Assembly (NCBI GenBank): GCA_963693365.1 | Contig: CAVNZM010000003.1 | Location: 12,801,252 to 12,865,251 of the forward strand | DNA: 64,000 bases | Direction of reading: 5' to 3' | From: Amoebidium appalachense | Lineage: Eukaryota; Protista; Ichthyosporea | Shown here: positions 1-16,107 of the stretch, piece after piece | Numbering within the stretch: the first letter of the stretch is position 1 | Layout of the letters: every line of letters begins with the position of its first letter | Made by a program: the position numbers and the translations under genes | The notes under the pieces: generated by a model | What the model was told of the DNA's origin: nothing | The model's database searches: none | Seen by the model: the letters and a program-made list of their open reading frames with translations, nothing else

Positions 1-345
1 CGGCGCACTTTGGCCCGGATCCGCCCTGAACCGCTTGTATCCGCGGCGAACCGGCTGGGCGGGCCCTCATAGCGAACCTTCCCACGTGTTTTTTTTTTTT
101 TTTTTTTAAGGTTTGATTTCGGAGTTTTGTGTTTTTGACTTTCTTTTGGTGTCTCCTCCTCCATACTTCCAGCACTCTAATGCATACATCCCCCCCTCCC
201 CCCTCCCCCCTCCCCCCCCCCTTCTCCCCCCCCCCCCCCCCCCCCTCCCACCACACACACGCACACGCACGACACACACACGTCCCCCCCCCCTCCCCCT
301 CATCCCCCCCCCCCCCCCCCCCTCCGCTGAAAAACCCCCTTGCAG

Positions 346-534
346 GTGTCCAAAGACGAAGCAGGAGCCAAGGCGCGCGAATGGAACGTACCATATTTGG
401 AAAGCAGCGCCAAGAGCAAGATGAACGTCGACGAGGCCTACTTTAACCTGTTGAGGCAGATTGGGTGGCGCAAGAGCAGCAAGAGCCAGGACAAGAAGAA
501 GGAGAAGAAGAAGAGCAAGTGCCTCGTCCTGTAG
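346..534 (+). CDS. Terminal exon of a Ras-family small GTPase, Ral-like
   Basis: Acceptor ttgcag at 340-345, then VSKDEAGAKAREWNVPYLESSAK (G5 SAK motif; WNV.Y as in Ral), polybasic KKKEKKKSK and CAAX box CLVL* (geranylgeranyl type). Upstream exons are not in the window. Confidence 0.85.
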   Translation: MSKDEAGAKAREWNVPYLESSAKSKMNVDEAYFNLLRQIGWRKSSKSQDKKKEKKKSKCLVL

Positions 535-1089
535 CCTTTAAAGAAACAAAGGGCTGTTGGGCCTTAAGAAACGAAGGGATCCTGTAGTGCTTAAAGAAAC
601 AAAGGAAGGGTGGATGCGTGCTTGTGTGGGTGGTTGTAAGGTTTTTGGTAGGGTGAGTGAGTGAGAGAGAGGGGGAGAGGGAGAGAGAGTCCTTGTGTGT
701 GTGCGTGTGTGCGTGCGTGTGTGTGTGTGTGCGTGTGTGTGTGGCGGTGGTGGGTGGGGGGGGGGGGGGGGGGTTGGGAGGGAGGGGGGCGGTTATAGAC
801 GGTTTTTGAATTGTGGGTATTGGTTTTTGTGTGAAGGCAAGATTGGTTCTCTCTACGTGTCTTCCTCTACTTCTGCATTACTGTAACCTCAGGGCATTGG
901 TTGTATGATCGTATGTGCTGGTGGGTGCACTGTGTATAGGTTTTGAGGTTTTGAGATAATACTTCTGAAGGGTAAGGGGTTGAAATCGCTGTGTGGGTAT
1001 GTGTGGGTGTGTGGTGGGGGTGGGGTGTCATGGGGGGTAGTTGGTGGTGGGTGTGCTGAGGGGGGGGGGGGGGGGGTAGGTGCGTCTGT

Positions 1090-1120
<31 letters not shown>

Positions 1121-2099
1121 GGGGGAGGGGGGAGGTGTGGAGGGGGAGGGGGGGGGGGGGGGGGGCGCTTGGGCAATGCCGTTGGGGGTATGTGGGCATG
1201 TTGTCGTTTTGCTGTCGCCTTTCTATGTTTTCTGCTTGTCTCCCGCGACCATGACTTAACACGAAATTTAGTTGTCTGATAACCATGCGTGTATGTGATA
1301 TGATGATTTTCTTACCCACCTCTGGGCCACAAATACCGAATTTCATATTCACGAAATTAAAAAAATCCTGTCTCGTCGATAATCCTTCTTTTTTAAGTCG
1401 TTTAAAAACATAGTGCTTGTAAAAACTTTTTTTGTCAATCCATTTGACAGTGTGTTATGTAGCAACCTTTGACCCTCTTTTCCCCCCCACACCGTTTATT
1501 TTTTGCAATATCGTAACGAGTGTGTACTGTAAGTTATGGCATGTTCCATTCAAGTTCTTTTACGTACATGATCAACAAAGAAGGGATTGTGCAAGTTGCT
1601 CGTGCCTAAGCCAGCCAGCCTCCCCCCCCCCCCCCCCCCCTCCCCCCCCCCCCCCCCCCAAAAAAAAAAAGAAAGAAAGAAAGAAAGAAAAAAATAAAGG
1701 GGAAAAAAAAAATAGTTATCACCACTACCACAGTTGGATCATGTTTTCCATGCGCACACACCATGGCACACACACACGTGTGCACAAACAAAACACCACG
1801 CACTCCCACGTGCACAGATGTTATAGTATTGCACATCCAGAAGAGTACCTCACGACACAAACGAAACCAAACAAACCTACTCTCCCACACGCACTGCGAA
1901 CCGAGTCTTCCACACGTACTTACAATACGCACACAGAAGAGCACTCGGTGACACCGTCACCGATTTTTTAAACACACACAATACCACCACCACATGCATG
2001 ACCACCGTACATCTGATAGTCAGTCACACACAAAAACATCAACACACACGTGACACACAATCATACACATGCACACACGCGTGCGCACATGCGCACGCA

Positions 2100-2102
2100 C
2101 GC

Positions 2103-2182
<80 letters not shown>
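2100..2182. repeat. (CA)n microsatellite
   Basis: Direct reading. Confidence 0.95.
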
Positions 2183-2184
<2 letters not shown>

Positions 2185-3654
2185 CGCGCGCCGCGCGCGC
2201 GCACGCACGCACGCAGACACACAAGCACCGCCTGACCGTCACAGAGAGATGAAAGACTCGCATGCATGCATGCACGTACGTACACATGTGCACACACACG
2301 TACACACACACACACATAACATGCACACGCACGTGCGCACATACACACACACACACGCGCGCGCACACGCACACACGTACACACGCACACACGCACACGC
2401 ACAGGCCAAACACAAAGACACAAAGGCACAGAAACACCATCACCAACTCACCAACCACCGCCACCACACAGCTCACACGCACAAACACGACATAACGGGC
2501 AGATCTGGGAATATCGCCTCCACCACAACTACCACACGCCTTCTACTAGCCCTCACACATAAACTTTTGCACACATGCGCACTCGTTTCTCTACATCATG
2601 AAGCACAATAACGACAGTACTTCTCAGCTGCAGTGCTCCACATAGGCTGCAAAGTTTTGGGATCTGCGCCAAAACAAAGATAGCCAAATATGGTTATGGC
2701 TCAAAGGAAGCGAATCAAATGTTTGCAAATATCATTATATTTGGTAAGCAAGTTTTTGGCGCGTAAATTTGTGATATTTCTTACCCTCCTCCGCAACAGG
2801 CTGCCACGGAAACAAAACCTGAAAACGCGTTCAAAGTCAACAGTCAACCCACAAGTTGTTCCCAGTAACTTTTATGTAGTTTTTCAGGTGGTAAAATATA
2901 CTCTAATAATCTCTAATCTCTATCGAAGATCATGTTTTAGTAATGCCTGCCCGAAATCTAGACGCCTTCTCTCACTCTTCTATCTACCTTCTACATCATC
3001 ACGTTTCAATCATCAGTTGTCAGATTCTAGAATAGTTATTACCAAAGGCCACCAGAACTTGACGGATGCTATGGTGTGTTTTGCAAGAGCAATAAATTAT
3101 CTTATAATACCGTAAACTATGAAGAGCAGAAAGCGCCCATCAGTTTCTTTTCTCTTTCTCAATTGCTCACTATACCTTCCCACTGCAACCCCTCTGTGCC
3201 GTTCACACCCCAGCAAAGTATACCGTAACAGTGACAAACGACAACATGACCAATGCTCGAGGAAATCCGTTTGTGGCTTTGTGCGGCCATCACGAACGCC
3301 AGCTTTACGCCATGGTGGCGGGCATAGAGCACATGTTGTGCAGGTGCAAGGAGTAGAATGTAGAGTTTGCTGCAGAGAGGAGTAGGCTGGACAGCGAGAG
3401 GCTGGAGTGGGAATGAAGAGAAGACAAGAGACCCGTGAACGTGTGGCGTTGGAGATGAGAAACGACGAGGTTGAGCAGAACCGCCGCAGACTGGAAGAGG
3501 AGAGGTGGTTTTTATAATTGTCTTCACTTTAACCTTTCCTCACTGCCCCCCCTCCCGTCCCCCCCTCCTCCTCCCTCCCCCCCCCCCATCCTCCCCCCCT
3601 CTAACTCTTGGTCAGGGTCTCCAGATATCTCGCTCGGTCTATTTTGTTCTCTCC

Positions 3655-3815
<161 letters not shown>

Positions 3816-4276
3816 GTCCCTCCCTCCCTCCCTCCCTCCCTCCCTCTCTCGGAGTCCCTCCCTCCCTCCCCGAGAACCTCTCCCCCCCCTCCCCCCCCCC
3901 CCCCCTCCCTCCCCCCCCCCACACACACGCCCCACCCACTCACCCACCCACCTACCTTCGGAGTACGTATACCTGGTTCCTCCTTTCTGTTCTACCCCTG
4001 CTCTTTAGGGAAAGCCCTATTACTACAATTTGTGTGAGCCTAAAAACGGGCGGACCAAGTGAGGATGGACGGAACGAGAGGTGGGGGGGGGGGGGGGGGG
4101 GGGGGGGGGGTTGTATGTATGTTGTGTAATAAGGGCGGGGGGGGGGGGGGGGGTAAGGCTTTCCTGATTCGTATGCATCTTTAGTATAAATGCATCCTCC
4201 TTTGCCTTTATGTGTGTGAGAGGGGGGGGGGAGGGGGAGGGAGGATGGGGGGGGGAAGTGGGGGGATGGAGAGGAG

Positions 4277-5354
4277 TGTTGGAGTGCAGACTTACGCTCA
4301 CTCCACAATATGTGTATGTTAGCTTTACAATTGGTTCCGTGTACACAGACACACGCTGACACTCGATCACCACATGCACATCTGCATAGTTGAGGAATGT
4401 TGCCAATTGTGTTTTGACTGCAAACGATTGGTTCACTGGTCCCAGAGATCTCTAAATGAAAGTAACCAATCCGATTAGCGCCTGACATCCGGATTACATT
4501 CCAGACTGCTGCCCCACGGGTATATAAGCCACGTCTCTGCCAGGTGCAGACATGGAGTTCAGTCATGGAGTTAACACACTGAAAGCAGTAAAAAAACGGG
4601 TCAGCGCCCAAGCGCGCCACGACGACCCTAGTCACAGCGGACTCTACTTCCAACAGGGTTATGGGCCCAGACACGACACCGCGGCCTCTAACTTCACGTC
4701 CCCTACGACGCCTTGAACGGAGGACCCAGAAACCGACTTCTAGGCTGTACCCTACACCCGCGAGCGTATTTCCGTAAAGTAGAGACTTTTGCTTCCACAA
4801 ACTCCATCCGCAGCAGCCTGCGACATCAACGTCAAGTATTCCACTTCATTGGCGGGGCACGCACCACAGTGGAATGCACACCCCGGTCTACCCTGCAAGC
4901 AGCCACACTCACTCTCTCTTCTCTAGTGGTGTGTACACTTCTCCAATTGGGTAGGGGTGTTGGAGTGCAGACTTACGCTCACTCCACAATATGTGTATGT
5001 TAGCTTTACAATTGGTTCCGTGTACACAGACACACGCTGACACTCGATCACCACATGCACATCTGCATAGTTGAGGAATGTTGCCAATTGTGTTTTGACT
5101 GCAAACGATTGGTTCACTGGTCCCAGAGATCTCTAAATGAAAGTAACCAATCCGATTAGCGCCTGGCATCCGGATTACATTCCAGACTGCTGCCCCACGG
5201 GTATATAAGCCACGTCTCTGCCAGGTGCAGACATGGAATGGAGTTCAGTGATGGAGTTCAGTCATGGAGTTAACACACTGAAAGCAGTAAAAAAACGGGT
5301 CAGCGCCCAAGCGCGCCACGACGACCCTAGTCACAGCGGACTCTACTTCCAACA
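4277..5354 (+). mobile_element. Complete TRIM (miniature non-coding LTR retrotransposon, Copia-type PBS)
   Basis: LTRs 4277-4655 and 4958-5354 (TGTTGGA...TCCAACA); 5-bp TSD AGGAG on both sides; PBS GGTTATGGGCCCA after LTR1; PPT GGGTAGGGG before LTR2; ~300-bp non-coding interior. Confidence 0.93.
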
Positions 5355-5469
5355 AGGAGGAGGGGGCCTCGGCTTTCATGATCATGGCTATGCATCTTCC
5401 TTTTTCGTTGGGGCATTTCTATTTTTCTTCTTTTCCTCCCCCCATTTTTTTCTCCCCCGGGGGGGGCCG

Positions 5470-7063
5470 TGCCAAGACCACTGGCTCCCTCGATTGTGCT
5501 TATTGCCGCGAGAACCATCATGTCACTCAGTGTGACAAACCTGGCTGCTCCGTTGCCCGTCGTCACCGTGCCAGCTCCAAGACTGGCAAAGAGGTGCATT
5601 TTGCCCTCGTCTCAACCACGGCTTCCCTCCCCATGGACCCCTGCTGGGACTCGGCCTCCAACGTCCATGTGTGCCCCGTCAAGGAGTACTTCTCCACCCT
5701 CGAACCGTGCCCCCCGACCGAAGTCCACGGCCTCGGCATTGTAACTGCTCATCACCGTGGCATCATCAACCTGGCTGTCAACTACAACGGAGTTACCTCG
5801 GTTCTGCCTCAACACACTCTATGTGCCCGATTCCCCAGCCTTCCTCATTTCCCCCTCAATGGCCTCCAAGTCGGGACTCCTTGCCCACCTCGATGATGAG
5901 GATGATTTCCCCTCCTACCTCTACACTCGTGGTGGCAACATCGTGTGTTCTCTCACCGGCAACGATGGACTGTACTTCATCACCGACTATGAGGTACGTC
6001 CCTCCATCCCCCGGTCCGTCACTGCCCTGGTTGCCAACGTCAAGGTTTACGTTGATCCCAAGCTCTGGCACCATCGTCTCGGCCACCGTGCCATGTCCAC
6101 CCTCACCAAGATGGTGAGAGGTGACCTCGTGACAGGCCTCCCCTCATCCCTCTCGGTGGCTGATACCACTGATTGCTTCGGCTGTGTCTCCGGCAAGACC
6201 ACCAAGGCCCCGTTCCCCGGCACCAGAACCCAGTGCCCCAACCCTGGTGCCAAGTGGCACATGGACTTCTTTGAGCCTCCCTGTGCCTCCTATGGTGGTT
6301 ACAAGGTGGCCCTCGTCTGCACCTGTGATGCCACAGGTTACACCATCGTGTACCTCCTCTGTGATCGATCAGAGACTCTCGAGTACGTCAAGGCCCTGGT
6401 CGAGGGCATCGACAAGCAGCCCGACAAGGTGGTGACCCACTTCCGTTCCGACTCCGGGTCCGAGTTCACCTCCCATGCCATGGACAGTACTGCCAGTCCA
6501 AGGGCATCGTTCGGTTGACTGCCCTCAACTCAACGGCTTCTTTGAACGTAAAATGAGGGATCTGCAAGAGATCGTTCGGTGCTTCCTTCACCAGGACAAG
6601 GACGACTCTCTTTCCCCCAAGCTGTGGGGGGCTGCTCTCAAGCATGCTGCCTACATCATCAATGTGACCCCGGCTAGAGCTGCCAACGGCCATACTCCGT
6701 TCGAAGTCTTCTACGGTGTCAAGCCTGACATCTCCAACCTGCACGTGTTCGGCTGCCCAGCCTATGTACACGTCCCTGTATCAAAACGAGACAAGTTGGC
6801 CTCTACCGTCAAACTCGGCACCTACGTGGGCTGGGACATCACCAACAAGGCTCACAAGATCATGAATCTACGAGGCAACATGGTCAACATCTACCGCGAT
6901 GTCGTCTTCGACGAATCACAATTCACCACGGCATCCAATCAGATTTCTGTGCAGGCCACCAATCAGCCGACCTCAATCGATCCATCCCTGCCGTCCCTAG
7001 ATCTCCCATCCGATGACGATGAAATTCCGTCAGTGATTCTCCGTCGTTCCCCCCGTCGTGTGC
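5470..7063 (+). pseudogene. Copia gag-protease-integrase fragment, frameshifted, no LTRs
   Basis: Zn knuckle CAYCRENHHVTQC, protease WDSAS, GAG-pre-integrase LWHHRLGH, integrase WHMDFF / SDSGSEF / NGFFERKMR and RDVVFDES, spread over three frames. Confidence 0.9.
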
Positions 7064-7200
7064 AACACCCTCATACACACAACGTGACCCAGCCCTGGTG
7101 TGTGCTGTTAGGTACGGTTGCACAATGACATGGTCAATTTTATAGAAGTTTGCATGACGCTCATTTCCCCTTGAATAACTAACCAATACATACCGAACAG

Positions 7201-11439
<4,239 letters not shown>

Positions 11440-12580
11440 ATAGACCTTCACACGAATGCGTATGGTATTGCTATCCTTGGAATGAAATCGTAATTGGCAT
11501 GATTCGTTATAGCAAACTGCCTCCACGGTGTAGATATGTTGACTTACGACAAAGAGTCCTGGCCTCTCCATTGTGTTAAACGACCTTACATGAATGAGAG
11601 TTTCTTGTTATGAATATATTCCGGCAAATTTTATTTTTGCTTGTAGGAACGGATACCCTGGAAATTTCGTAGTATGTTTTATTTAATGTTGGAGAACTCG
11701 TGTGTGTTGTGTTGTCTGTTTTCTTTCGATGAATTCAAACAATCCCAGTGTACTTCATATTCAAAACCACCCCGTACTTTCAGAGTCTGGTTGGTATTTT
11801 GAGCATTTACATTATGTGGTTGATTAGCATGTTCTGCTCTAGGTGATAGACCCTCAGAACCCGTAAAGTCTGTTTTTCTTTCTTCTTATGGGTGCGTTAC
11901 GATGGGGTCTGCAAGCCTTAGGAGAAGTAGACTCTCAGAGTCCAGGAAATGTGTTTTACCTTTTTCTTATGTGTGTAATTTGATGGTGTCTGCAAGGGGA
12001 AGTAGACTCTCAGAGTCCACTGACCATGGTTTTATATTCTTTAGACGTTCGTTCTGAGTCCGTTTTCTATTTCTTGTCTGCTTGTCCCAATCTCCAGACA
12101 CATGTTTTCCCTTATTATTTTTAGGTGTTGGTTCGGGAAATTCGGCACACTGCAAGGTCTTCCTGGTAACCCTATAAGCACAAATAGGCGCGCGGCAAGC
12201 ATGTAAGCATGTGCTAGCTCGTGTATGATCTATCGAAGACGGTAAACCGCAGGCCCGTCTGCCGATTTTGCTTATATCTAAGCCGGCTACAATAATTCTC
12301 CGGTTCCCTATATACATGTATGAAATCGGTCCGTTTAATAAGATTGGAAGGCAGGTGTGCTCTGCCGGCAGTGCCGGCAGGGTTTTGATTTAAACCTGAG
12401 AGGAGCGAAAATGACGGCGTTCGACCAGGGTTTCCTTCCCTTCCCTTCCCTTTGCTTCTTGCCTCCGTGTTTGCCGATTACCAGTAGACATCAGTAAATC
12501 ATTCCCATTTCATGGGAAGTTGCACCTACAGGTCCTAGCATTTTACTATACAGACTACTATATATATAGGCTGTCGTGGA

Positions 12581-13429
12581 TTACCCAACATTGTAAAGTT
12601 TACAATTTCTCCCATTATGCCAGTGTGTTAGGTGGAGGCGTCGGGCTCCAGTGGGGGTGGGGTCCCCCCAGGTCAGGTCCCCCACCTGTACTGCAGCAGC
12701 GGTGCTCCACCGTAGGCCAAACAGGTAGCTCAACAGCACCCCCGCTAGCCAGCGGTCACCGTCGGGGTCCTGCCGGCCCAGCTGTGCGATGAGCAGGCCG
12801 GTGACCCAGGGTGCGTCAAACCGTTTTGGGTCGGGCGGGGTGGCGGTGGTGGTCTGGTGGGCCCTGCCGTAGGACTTCTTGATGGTTGCAAGGATGGCCT
12901 GGTCCAAATAGGGAATGTGCCACAGCAGGTGTACCTGGCGCAGGGCGGCAAACTTGCAGTCTAACGTACTGGGGTGGTACGGGCGCGCTAGCAGGTGAGC
13001 CGCATAAGCCAAAGCTGCGTGTTCGGTAAGGGGCCAGGCTGCAAACTCGTGGGTGGCGCAAAAGGTCAGGTACTGGGTTACGTCGGCTTGAAATGCACGC
13101 CACGTGTTTGCACTGAGGAGCTGCTCCACCAGCTGCTGGCCAGTGGGGCGCAGGTTGCCAGGCAGTGACGAAATTACCGCCGCACGCCACTCGCTAAACA
13201 CCCCCACGGTGGCAGGGGGGGTCTCTTGGCCGGGGAGCTTGCTGGGGCGGCTGCACGGGGGAAGGGGCCTTTGAGGCTCAGGCTGTGGTCCCAAGGGGAG
13301 GGGGGCTGGGCCCCCTTCCCAGGGAGGGTCGCCGATGGGAACGCCCGCGGGAGCTGGTGGTGGTTGAGGCGCGGGGGGAAGCACGTCGCCACCACTTCTG
13401 GGGGGAGCCGGCTCGGCGGGAGCTGGCAC
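12581..13429 (-). pseudogene. Tyrosine recombinase (DIRS/Ngaro/Crypton type), C-terminally truncated
   Basis: SAM-like core-binding domain (SANTWRAFQADVTQYLTFC...ALAYAAHL...PSTLDCKFAALRQVH) and box I LLSYLFGLRWS; HxxR and catalytic Tyr are absent because the frame ends. Confidence 0.8.
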
Positions 13430-13569
13430 CGGGGCGGGGCCGGTAGACGCCGGCCCCGGTTACAAGTTGAATACCCAACTAGCACACATTGGGGTGGACA
13501 CCCACCCTTGACGCCCCCTTGTAAGGCCCGCTGCCTACTAGTACGCGACAGGGGCCGGAAACCGCAAAC

Positions 13570-14019
13570 TTAGTTGCGGCCGGCGCCAGACCCACTGCTG
13601 GCGCCGGTGTTGGACTTCACCACGGTCTTGTTGTCATTTTGGTTGCCCGCACGGGCGGTGCGCGTAGCGAGGTTGACCTCTGCCTCTTTCTTCCTTGCGT
13701 CGCCCATTGCGCGGCCCCAGCGTTTAGAAAGAACAGGGTAATACTCCCGCTCCATGTGGGCGCGGGTCAGCTCGGCAAAGGCAGCGCCCTCTGTGGCGCG
13801 GAGATACTGGTAGTGCACACGGTCGGAGAGGAACACAGCGACATCGGCGATTGCACCCTTGAGCTCTGCAATGCGTCGTTGGTAGAACTGCTCCGCGGGT
13901 TCAGGCAATGGGGCGCCGTTTTCGCCGGGGAACTGCCGACGCTGGAACGCGCAGTCGTTGTGCATTGCATCGATGAGGCTACAGAGTGCCCCAATGGTAA
14001 CCCCGTTCTCCTCGAGCAC
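13570..14019 (-). CDS. Small helical ORF1 (gag-like position) of the tyrosine recombinase element
   Basis: 149-aa GC-rich, non-repetitive ORF, co-oriented and 140 bp upstream of the recombinase; function is inference. Confidence 0.55.
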   Translation of the reverse strand: MLEENGVTIGALCSLIDAMHNDCAFQRRQFPGENGAPLPEPAEQFYQRRIAELKGAIADVAVFLSDRVHYQYLRATEGAAFAELTRAHMEREYYPVLSKRWGRAMGDARKKEAEVNLATRTARAGNQNDNKTVVKSNTGASSGSGAGRN

Positions 14020-14307
14020 TGTTCGGTGAATGCTTAAATTACGCTAAGCAATTTAAGCCCCGAGGCTCCCCGACACGTACTGGCAGGGTTTGATTTTCCG
14101 AAAAAAATCTGTTTTTTGAAAACCCAATTCCTTTTTTCGGCCTGCCCGAAACGGAATGAGACCCCCCCCCTTTTGGATTTTGTCCTGGTGCAGAGACTAG
14201 CGATCTTGCTAGCCTTGAGATCACAACCTAACCACTGCCGATGGTTGTGATGACGCCAGTAAAGGCGTGCTGGCTTTTACCCCAGCGAGAAGAGGATGAG
14301 AAAAAGA

Positions 14308-14380
14308 TGATCCCGACGGGATTTGAACCCGCGACCCCTCTATCTCCAGTCGAGTGCTCTACCAACTGAGCTACGAGATC
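14308..14380 (-). tRNA. tRNA or tRNA-like gene with anticodon GGA (Ser) on a short-variable-loop, Phe-like body
   Basis: GATCTCG TA GCTC AGTTGGTA GAGC A CTCGA CTGGAGA TAGAG GGGTC GCGGG TTCAAAT CCCGT CGGGATC A: full cloverleaf, intact A and B boxes, one G-A mismatch in the anticodon stem, TTTTT 2 nt downstream. Confidence 0.85.
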
Positions 14381-15331
14381 GGTTAAGATCTCGCAGGCCA
14401 CCAGCCGATCATGATCTGATTCATGCGATCGGACTGGATAACGATACCATCTTCCAACACACCCCCCCCCCCCCTCCCCCCCGCCGCGGGCGCCCAGACC
14501 AACTTGTATGAATTAAAGGGGTTTACACACTTTTTATTGCGTGGACACTGCCGGAGGCCCAGCCACATTCGACGGCCTACTGCGTTTTCCAGCGCAGCCA
14601 ATCAAATGCAGCCAGTGACATATGTACATGCTAGGCAACAATGAGCGCCATCGTAGTATATGACACCCCTATTACATAGCATTTTCCGATTTGGCACACT
14701 CTCGGTAGAATCACCCTATTGTAAACTGTATGCTATTACATATTGATGCATCCGAAATGTACTCAGATCGGAGTACTCAGCGGCCATAAGTACTCCGATC
14801 GCTACTTTAGGAATGCTTGTTTCGGAAGGATACCGCGAGCTATTGGGGCCCAGGAGCCCGCTTTTTTTTGTACAGCCAGTAAGAAAACATAAGTTTACAC
14901 CTTTTTTGTCTTTGGTACGGTAACTAACAAGGCTTTTGTGACGTAGAATACCGACCACCCCTAGCAACCCTATATGTGAAGAACCCCCCCGGAACGTAGA
15001 GCCCCCCCATCACAATAAAGACGGCAGTATAAAAGGGGGGGCCGGAGCCAGGAGCTTCAGTTTTTTCCTTCACACAAACACAAACCAAACTCGTGTCCCC
15101 GGTGTCGAGGCCATCCCGTTCATTACGTTGTTACATGGTAACAGGGTAGGAAGGTCTCCCTCTGTGGTGCCCAGTACGCTTCCCACGTTTTTTGCAGGGA
15201 GCCCGCACGGTGAGACCATCAAACACAGTACAGATTCACGCGGATTCAAACTGGATACTGTGGATAGCCCGCTACAACACCACATTCCACATATCAACTT
15301 GACCGCGTGACCAAGGCCTCACGTCTAGCCC

Positions 15332-16076
15332 TGTTATTTTGTACGGGTCTAAGGGAGCAGAGTGCACAGAGGTGTCATGTAAAACACGACTAACACATTA
15401 ATGAGAGGGCAATCGGAGTTGTTCACGAGACATTGAAAGATTTCAAACAACAACTAAATCTTTATTGTGCTCTCGGTTCCTTTTGTACTTGCGACTTATC
15501 ACCTTATCACAACTAAAGAGGGAGAACCAATCGGTTCTATCAGAAGATAGAAAAACACATTCCGACAGAGCATACGCATTCCAACTTCCGATTAAACTAA
15601 AGTGTAGAAACTCTTACTTAAATAAATTAAGTAATTATACATCTAGTCACTATTAACTCACATATATATTTATGTTCGTCTCTATAAAGAAACTTATTTA
15701 AATACATATATTTCCCAATAGTCGACACTCTCAAAGTGAAGACACTTTGCAATAAACCGAATTCCATATATATCTATTGTCCAATCACAACACACATATA
15801 TTAACAGACAGGAATGCACAACACAATCTACAGATGTACTCGCTCGCGACTATTGGCGAGCCATCCTTTTGAGAACAAAACTAGGCCATTTTGAAATAAA
15901 GGAAAGACAACGAGTGGGGCTAGGCAATCACGCTACCTCTCAGATAAACAGAGGAGGGCAAACAGAAATACAATAAGTTCTTATCAGGCAAGAGAGCCAG
16001 GTGTGCACAGATCTACAGATATCTGTGCCCACAGAAACAAGGGAGAGAGAGATACGGGGGGGGGGGGGGGGGGGGG

Positions 16077-16107
<31 letters not shown>

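Noticed and set aside
3214-3356. Possible terminal exon (AKYTVTVTND...LCRCKE*)
   Set aside because: There is an acceptor-like AG but no recognisable homology or partner exons.
3952-4800. 282-aa minus-strand ORF
   Set aside because: It crosses the TRIM boundary and poly-G runs and has no domain motifs.
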